DNA from: Bacteroidales bacterium
GTDB lineage: Bacteria > Bacteroidota > Bacteroidia > Bacteroidales > UBA7960
Length of the DNA: 63,783 bases
NCBI GenBank assembly: GCA_007129255.1
Contig: SKVW01000142.1
Span: 1-63,783, forward strand
Direction of reading: 5' to 3'
Made by a program: the position numbers and the translations under genes. The notes beneath the pieces are model-generated. The model was not told the DNA's origin. It did no database searches and saw only the letters and a list, made by a program, of their open reading frames with translations. Each line of letters opens with the position of its first letter. Position 1 is the stretch's first letter. Of the stretch, positions 58,275 through 63,783 are shown one piece after another.

Positions 58275-58787
58275 ATGGACAAAGGAGAAATTCTGTTTAG
58301 CCGCCGCAGCATCCGCAAATATAAAAAAGAGGGGCAGATAAATGATGAGCAGATCAGGTATATGCTTAATGCAGCCATGTCTGCACCAACAGCCATGAAC
58401 CGTCAGCCCTGGCAGTTTGTGGTGATTAGAAACACTGAAAAGCTAAAGGAATTGAGTCAGGTTTTTCCCTATGGAAAAATGCTGGCCGATGCAGCCGTTG
58501 GGATATTGGTCTGCGGGGACTCCAGGGTTGATGAGCTGGAAAGCAACCTGGTACAAGCCGGATCGGCGGCCACCCAGAACCTTCTGCTGGCTGCCCATGC
58601 CATCGGACTTGGAGCAGTATGGCTCGGAGTGCATGGACGGGAAGAACGCATGAAAAAACTAAAGGAATTGTTTAAACTCCCCTTAGAGGTGGTTCCCATT
58701 TCGATGATCTCCATTGGCGTCCCCGATGAAGAAAAGCCACGAAACGACAATTACAATCCTGAAAGGGTGCATAACGAACAATGGTAG
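58275..58787 (+). CDS. Nitroreductase family protein
   Basis: RRSIRKYKKE, APTAMNRQPWQFVVI and AAHAIGLGAVWLG motifs. Confidence 0.85.
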   Translation: MDKGEILFSRRSIRKYKKEGQINDEQIRYMLNAAMSAPTAMNRQPWQFVVIRNTEKLKELSQVFPYGKMLADAAVGILVCGDSRVDELESNLVQAGSAATQNLLLAAHAIGLGAVWLGVHGREERMKKLKELFKLPLEVVPISMISIGVPDEEKPRNDNYNPERVHNEQW

Positions 58788-58823
58788 TTTTGGACGGAAG
58801 GTGAACAAAGGGTCAGCTCAATC

Positions 58824-59006
58824 TTATGCCCCGATAAACCTGAACACCTCATACACCATAAATACCGGCCATACAATGGCTTTTAAAACCCCAACAACCC
58901 CCATCCAGAATCCCGTGGCATGGGAAATAAAATAGATCAGCGCCCCGATAAAGCCAAGGCCGTAAACAGCTCCGGAGGGCGCCCCTTTATGCATGTCTTT
59001 GCTCAT
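58824..59006 (-). CDS. Small two-TM membrane protein, function unknown
   Basis: 60 aa from MSKDMHKGAPSGAVYGLGFIGALIYFI. A -7 motif sits 18 nt upstream of this start. Confidence 0.45.
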   Translation of the reverse strand: MSKDMHKGAPSGAVYGLGFIGALIYFISHATGFWMGVVGVLKAIVWPVFMVYEVFRFIGA

Positions 59007-59024
59007 TTTGCCTGATTTTTTTTC

Positions 59025-59032
59025 CAAATTTA
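59025..59032 (-). promoter_or_regulatory. Bacteroidota -7 promoter motif (TAAATTTG on the minus strand) for the small membrane protein gene
   Basis: Exact TAnnTTTG match. It lies inside the ORF-track extension to 59057. Confidence 0.4.
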
Positions 59033-59122
59033 GGTGCTTTTGGGGTAGGTTTGGCAATCCTCAAAAAAAAACAGCAAGTATGGGTTTTTGAAGCCGGCCA
59101 CTTTTATTTAACGCACTAAAAT

Positions 59123-59905
59123 TCAACATTTACTGCAGATTTCATAAAGCCTTTCCACTGCTTTTTCATCCGCTGCAAAACGGCAAGATTTTTCTTGTTT
59201 GTGTTCAAAATACTTCCCGGTAACGTCTTTCAGGGCGGGATTGGTGGCGCAAAACAAGGGAGTTTCGGCTCCTTTTTCCGGGGGCTCCCATCCTCCATAA
59301 CCTAAACTTCGGCTGACTTTTGAATTTACATCTCCGGGATGGGCCGCAAGAACTGCAATGGATCTGGACTTAAGCCTGCGGGCAAAAGCTGCTGTGAGCA
59401 TGCGGTCGGCTTGTTTGGATTGCCGGTATGCCGTGTCATTGTCATAGGGCCGCTTTTTAAATTCCAGATCATCCAGGTCCAGATCGCCAGCCCAGTAACT
59501 GGCTACATTTACAATGCGCGCATCTTCCTGGTTTTCCATGTGAGGGTGAAAAAATTCCATCATCCAGAAGTATCCCAGCACATTGGTGGCAAACTGCAAT
59601 TCAACACCATCAGGAGTTTCTTCCCGGTTTTCGGGTGCAGTTACGGCATTGTTCATCAAAAGGTGCAAAGGTCCTTTCCAGCTTTGAGAAAAGGCCTCAA
59701 TCTCCTTTTTGCGGGAAAGATCAACCGCCCGGTGAGAAATATATTCATTTCCGGTGGAGCGACTCAGTTCGAGAACCAAATCCTTGAGTTCCTTTTCATC
59801 CCGGCCCACCAGCACCAGTTGAAACCCTCTTTCTGCAAGTCCTTCTGCAATCGCCTTACCTATGGCCCCATAAGCCCCGGTCAATATCGCTGTACGGTTT
59901 TTCAT
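59123..59905 (-). CDS. SDR family oxidoreductase
   Basis: TGAYGAIGKAIAEGL, NNAV and YRQSKQADRML motifs. Start taken at MKNRTAILTG. Confidence 0.85.
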   Translation of the reverse strand: MKNRTAILTGAYGAIGKAIAEGLAERGFQLVLVGRDEKELKDLVLELSRSTGNEYISHRAVDLSRKKEIEAFSQSWKGPLHLLMNNAVTAPENREETPDGVELQFATNVLGYFWMMEFFHPHMENQEDARIVNVASYWAGDLDLDDLEFKKRPYDNDTAYRQSKQADRMLTAAFARRLKSRSIAVLAAHPGDVNSKVSRSLGYGGWEPPEKGAETPLFCATNPALKDVTGKYFEHKQEKSCRFAADEKAVERLYEICSKC

Positions 59906-60097
59906 AATCCGGATTTTTGGTTCTTTTATTTGCTTTCCCGTAAAGATAAAAAGAAATAAGGGGGAAGGCAAGTCAGGGAAGTGAAATGGAGTTTCTGACC
60001 AAGGCAAAAAATTAAAACCCTTATGAGCCTTATTTGGTTTAGGAATCTAAAAATGCCTTTTCTGGTCCATGCTCCCAAAAATAATAATATGAGGCAG

Positions 60098-60128
60098 AAA
60101 AAAAACGGGAGGACCATCGGCCCTCCCG
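60098..60128 (-). terminator. Rho-independent terminator after the large T9SS cargo gene
   Basis: On the minus strand: 7 bp stem CGGGAGG / CCTCCCG with a 9 nt loop, then T8, 26 nt after the stop. Confidence 0.8.
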
Positions 60129-60153
60129 TTCAGGTAAATGAAATAAATACGGT

Positions 60154-63100
60154 TTAATTTCTTAAAATCAACATTTTGTTGCGATAAATGTTTTCACCTG
60201 CGCGCACCTCAAAGAAATACAATCCGTCCATCAGGGGTGTTCCTTCAGGTCCATTGCCGTCCCAACGAACGGAGTTTTCTCCTGCCGGGAACAGCCTGGG
60301 TTCTATGATATTAAACTTTCTGGCTCGCATATCATATACATAAACAGAAACAGTTGTTTCCTTGGTAAGGGTAAAATAGATATTGGTGTGTTCGGAAAAG
60401 GGGTTGGGATAACTGTATGCATCCACCACCTGGGGGCCCCCGATAAAAGGCAGGCCGGTATCGTCCAGCTGCATAACCACTTCTATGGTTTTGTCGGATC
60501 CATCCACAACAAAAGAACCTTCTTCAGGGAAATACCCTTCTTTGCTGACCGTGTAAGTGTAGCTGCCTTCTCCAAACAAAATCAAAGCCATTCCATCGGC
60601 ATCGGTGAAATGACTTTGCCCGGTTTCGGTAATTTCAATTTCGGCATTTTCCAGGGGGTTGGCCGGATCTGCATCGTCGGTGACAAGAAAAGTAACTTCG
60701 TAGTAATCATCGGGATAAAGCACCACCTCAATGGTTTTGTCTTCATCAACCAGCTCAAAAGTCCCATCAAATGGTGCGTAGCCGGATTTGGTCACCGTGA
60801 AGTTGTAGCTTCCTTCAGCCATGTTGGCCACCACCTCTCCGTTTTCTTCTGTAACAAAAAAGTGATTGGTCTGAACTATGGTAATCCTTGCGCCTTCAAT
60901 GGGGTTTGCAGGAGCCTCATTATCTGTCACCACAAAAGTAACATCATAGTAATCAGGAGCAACGGCGGTTCCTCCCGAAAATGCCACCAGGTAATTGTTG
61001 CGTCCTGCAGCCACCACTTCCATGGAGTTGTCACCGGTAATATCGGGAATGCCGCGTATTGCATCCACGGCAGCAGGCATGGCAACAGTTTCCAGTATCG
61101 TACCATCGGCACCGCTTAAGAAGTAAACAAAATTATTGTTGAAAAGGGTGCCTACGGCCAGGTCATTAACCCCGTCCCCGTCAATGTCGCGCAGGGGGGT
61201 TACGCTCCAGGGCTGGTCAGCCACCGAAGCAGACCAGATGATGGCTCCATCCTTTCCGCTGATGGCTACCGCATTGGGTATGGATGAGTAGGCGGGAAGA
61301 ATATCCGTATACCCGTCTCCGTTGAGGTCGCCTGCCTGCCAGAAGTCAAGGATCAACGCATTGCCAAGATTGCCCGAATGTTCCACATTGCCGTTGGTTG
61401 CATCCAGCAGATAGTAAAATCCATTAAAGCTTCCTGCAATAACATCCTTGATTCCGTTGTCGGTAATGTCATCAATTTGCTCCAGGGCCCATACGGAAGT
61501 TCCTGAAGTAGTAAAATCCCATTCAATATTTCCGTTGGCTCCGTTGATACCGATCACTCGCCCTTGTTGCCCCGGTGTTGAACCACCACCAATTACGTCC
61601 GGCAAACCGTCACCGGTAAAATCTTCTACTGCAATCACCGAAAATGCGGCACCACCCATGGGGGTATCCCATATTTTTTCGCCGGTTTTTCCATTGAGCA
61701 GGAAAACGCGTCTGGGACCGGTGCCATCACCGTCATCCCCGGCAGCGGCCAGCACGTCCATATACCCGTTATCGTTGAAGTCAAAGCGCACATCTACCAT
61801 ATAAACCCATCCCCCTCCGCCGTATTCATTGGTTTCATAGCGCCAGATAATTTCTCCGGTTTTTGAGGACATGGCGGTCACAGCGCGATCGCCATAAGCT
61901 GTACCAATAACGAAGTCTTTGTAACCGTCTTCATTGATGTCGTCCATCAGGGCAATTCCTTTCGGATACTCCACGGTACCAACTTCGGTTTCCCATATCA
62001 GGTCAGGGGTTCCGGATGAGTTCCCGTTGAAGAGTTTGATTTGAAGCCCCCGGGTGCAGACAATCACATCAGCTATGCCGTCACCGGTTACATCGGGAAC
62101 GGGCATAATGGCCCTGGGGTTATTAAAGGTGCTTCCTTCCAAGGTTTTATCCCACAGCACCGTACCAATGGGATGATTCTCATCTTCTGAAAGCCCCCTG
62201 ACAAAAATACTGTAAGGAGACTGGTCTTCGTTGTTAAAAACCAAAGTGGCTTCACCCTCAATAACCCCTTCCAAGTGGGGCTTGAACCATAAAGGAAGTT
62301 CCTTTGCCTGCACCGGATTCAGGTTGAGGGGAAACTCCACGGATTCATCCCAATAGAAATAATCATTGGAGAAACTGATGCTTTCAAAAGAAAGCTGCTC
62401 ATCGCCCATATTCTTTACTTCCATATAAAGCCTGCTGGAAGAGTGAATTCTCACCGGGCCGAAATCGATCAGCTCCTGGTCTGTCACCAGATATGCCCCG
62501 GGGGCCAGGCCGTTTCCGGCAATGGCCACCTCTACCTGAAGGTTTTGCGGGTCATTGGAATGCACCGTAAGGGTTTTTTCAAAAATGGCAATCTCTTCGG
62601 GAGCAAAGGTTACGGTTACCGGTGTAAAAGTTTCCGGTTCAATGGTAAATGGGAACTCCACATCTACCGAAAAGGCTTCATTGCCTTCGGTAAAGGTAAT
62701 GTCTTCAATGATCAGGTCACCGGTACCCTCATTGAATATATTCATTTCCCATGTTTCGGAATTACCGATGGTAACATTTCCGAAGTTATGGGAAAAGGGT
62801 ACCTGGATCACCGGGGTGCCGGTTCCCCATGGGTCTACTTTGTAAAGGGTGCTGTTGTTCTGGGAATCTTTTCCAAGGTACCATAAAAAGGTACCATCAT
62901 GGTAAATACCCGTTGCCCGATGGTCATCGTAGGGGAAAGATTGAATGAGTGTACCGTCAGTTTCAACTAAATGGATATAATCATTCCAGAAGTCTGCAAT
63001 CCACAGTGAATCGCCCTGCAATGCCAGGTCCCATGGCTGGTCGGTTGGCGGAGTAAAACTGGAAATCTCATTCCCCTGTCCGTCAATGTAGTGAATGGTT

Positions 63101-63570
63101 CCGGGATTGGGGCTGTAGGTGGCCACCCAGAAGTTTCCGTCATCCCAGGCGATACCGGACATGTAAAAGTTTGGCAGATCGAACTGAGAGATTTCATTTC
63201 CGTCCAGATCCAGCTGCATGGCAAAAGCAGGAGTAGTAGAGGGAAATTCACGGTCAATGGTCCAAAGGTATTCCCCGTCGAAGGTCAACCCATAAACATT
63301 GCTTTGTGGACCCTCAAACAGCAATTCGTTGATTTCGGTAGCCGGGTCAAAACGATAAACTTTGGAGCCATGGCCTCCGCCATAAGATCCAATGTAAATA
63401 TATTCCCCATCGGAGGCAAGGCCTCCGGCACTTGGGTTTACAGGATAGGCTGCCAGAATGGTCCAGCCGTTGTCATCATTGCGTTGTGCGGGGCCATCGG
63501 ACGCAGAACCCCACAATGGGAGGCAAAAAATCCAACATAATGCTAAAAAAGTAAAAATAGTTTTCTTCAT
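60154..63570 (-). CDS. Large secreted multidomain T9SS cargo protein: N-terminal beta-propeller-like region, two ASH/choice-of-anchor-D-like Ig domains, about 8 FG-GAP/VCBS-like repeats, two carboxypeptidase-regulatory-like domains and a T9SS C-terminal sorting domain
   Basis: Signal peptide present. Repeated DxxGDGxxDvi motifs (DVTGDGIADVIV, DINEDGYKDFVIG, DFTGDGLPDVIGG, DLNGDGYTDILPA, DIDGDGVNDLAVG...). C-terminus YSYPNPFSEHTNIYFTL...GLYFFEVRAGENIYRNKMLILRN. Confidence 0.8.
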   Translation of the reverse strand: MKKTIFTFLALCWIFCLPLWGSASDGPAQRNDDNGWTILAAYPVNPSAGGLASDGEYIYIGSYGGGHGSKVYRFDPATEINELLFEGPQSNVYGLTFDGEYLWTIDREFPSTTPAFAMQLDLDGNEISQFDLPNFYMSGIAWDDGNFWVATYSPNPGTIHYIDGQGNEISSFTPPTDQPWDLALQGDSLWIADFWNDYIHLVETDGTLIQSFPYDDHRATGIYHDGTFLWYLGKDSQNNSTLYKVDPWGTGTPVIQVPFSHNFGNVTIGNSETWEMNIFNEGTGDLIIEDITFTEGNEAFSVDVEFPFTIEPETFTPVTVTFAPEEIAIFEKTLTVHSNDPQNLQVEVAIAGNGLAPGAYLVTDQELIDFGPVRIHSSSRLYMEVKNMGDEQLSFESISFSNDYFYWDESVEFPLNLNPVQAKELPLWFKPHLEGVIEGEATLVFNNEDQSPYSIFVRGLSEDENHPIGTVLWDKTLEGSTFNNPRAIMPVPDVTGDGIADVIVCTRGLQIKLFNGNSSGTPDLIWETEVGTVEYPKGIALMDDINEDGYKDFVIGTAYGDRAVTAMSSKTGEIIWRYETNEYGGGGWVYMVDVRFDFNDNGYMDVLAAAGDDGDGTGPRRVFLLNGKTGEKIWDTPMGGAAFSVIAVEDFTGDGLPDVIGGGSTPGQQGRVIGINGANGNIEWDFTTSGTSVWALEQIDDITDNGIKDVIAGSFNGFYYLLDATNGNVEHSGNLGNALILDFWQAGDLNGDGYTDILPAYSSIPNAVAISGKDGAIIWSASVADQPWSVTPLRDIDGDGVNDLAVGTLFNNNFVYFLSGADGTILETVAMPAAVDAIRGIPDITGDNSMEVVAAGRNNYLVAFSGGTAVAPDYYDVTFVVTDNEAPANPIEGARITIVQTNHFFVTEENGEVVANMAEGSYNFTVTKSGYAPFDGTFELVDEDKTIEVVLYPDDYYEVTFLVTDDADPANPLENAEIEITETGQSHFTDADGMALILFGEGSYTYTVSKEGYFPEEGSFVVDGSDKTIEVVMQLDDTGLPFIGGPQVVDAYSYPNPFSEHTNIYFTLTKETTVSVYVYDMRARKFNIIEPRLFPAGENSVRWDGNGPEGTPLMDGLYFFEVRAGENIYRNKMLILRN
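60472..60951 (-). repeat. Tandem duplication of an approximately 80 aa beta-sandwich (CarboxypepD_reg-like) domain inside the T9SS cargo gene
   Basis: YYDVTFVVTDNEAPANPIEGARITI...GSYNFTVTKSGYAPFDGTFELVDEDKTIEVV versus YYEVTFLVTDDADPANPLENAEIEI...GSYTYTVSKEGYFPEEGSFVVDGSDKTIEVV, aligned by eye. Confidence 0.8.
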
Positions 63571-63783
63571 AGGATTTAAGTTTTGGGTGAAAAAGAAGGT
63601 TGATTGGTATGTTTTTTTAATAAACTAAAAAGCAAGAAGAAGCAAGCATTTTTGTTGCTTTGTATCATTAGCGTTGCGTTGTTTTTAACTAAAGTTCTTT
63701 GAAATCCTTGATATACTTGCGCTACATAAGTTTTTTGTTGAGCAACGATTTGAAATTTGTTTTGTGTTTCTTCGCACAAAATA

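Noticed and set aside
59339-61119. Plus-strand ORFs of 206 aa and 243 aa
   Set aside because: They are antisense to the SDR gene and to the T9SS cargo gene respectively, so they are shadow ORFs.
63576-63779. 67 aa minus-strand ORF at the right edge
   Set aside because: It lies in the promoter region of the large T9SS gene, has no recognisable features and is truncated context at the window end.
1-63783. Window-wide search for CRISPR arrays, tRNA/rRNA/tmRNA, IS elements, integrases, restriction-modification, toxin-antitoxin or other defence modules
   Set aside because: I saw no repeat-spacer periodicity, no tRNA-like T-arm (GGTTCGAnTCC type) in intergenic DNA, and no transposase, recombinase, nuclease or methylase-like ORFs. 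Every large ORF is accounted for by housekeeping or envelope functions.

Overview
This 63.8 kb window reads as a Bacteroidota chromosomal segment, densely packed (about 56 protein genes) and mostly housekeeping. Three things support the phylum call: a SusD-family gene at the left edge, two secreted proteins with T9SS C-terminal sorting domains, and many exact TAnnTTTG (-7 type) promoter motifs at sensible distances from start codons. Recognisable core genes are fbaA, proS, lpxK, ssb, mutY, HU, rng, recX, prfB, nrdJ (class II RNR), ppa, dprA, cdd, panD/panC, glmS and an EF-G paralog. I found no rRNA, tRNA, CRISPR array, transposase, integrase, prophage or recognisable defence/toxin-antitoxin module, and no convincing novel multi-gene system. 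The observations most worth follow-up are these. (1) An EF-G paralog has its switch II catalytic His replaced by Phe and its NKxD motif replaced by NQLE (EF-G2-like). (2) A SusD-linked lipoprotein cyanophycinase plus a YfcC-type permease may form a cyanophycin utilisation locus. (3) A 560 aa lipoprotein is almost entirely low complexity, with a Tyr/Gly/His/Trp-rich half and a Pro/Arg/Gln/Ser-rich half. (4) A 29-codon, extremely basic ORF missing from the ORF track resembles bS22/mS38-type ribosomal proteins. (5) prfB carries the classical +1 programmed frameshift (AGGAGG..CTT TGA C), which the ORF track splits. (6) A 1138 aa T9SS cargo protein contains an internal tandem domain duplication. 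(7) A frameshifted, truncated DUF2207 remnant overlaps the ppa 3' end. Several ORF-track N-terminal extensions are contradicted by promoter motifs or family-typical N-termini, and I trimmed them. Long antisense ORFs inside well-supported genes were rejected. All function calls come from reading motifs by eye, with no database search.
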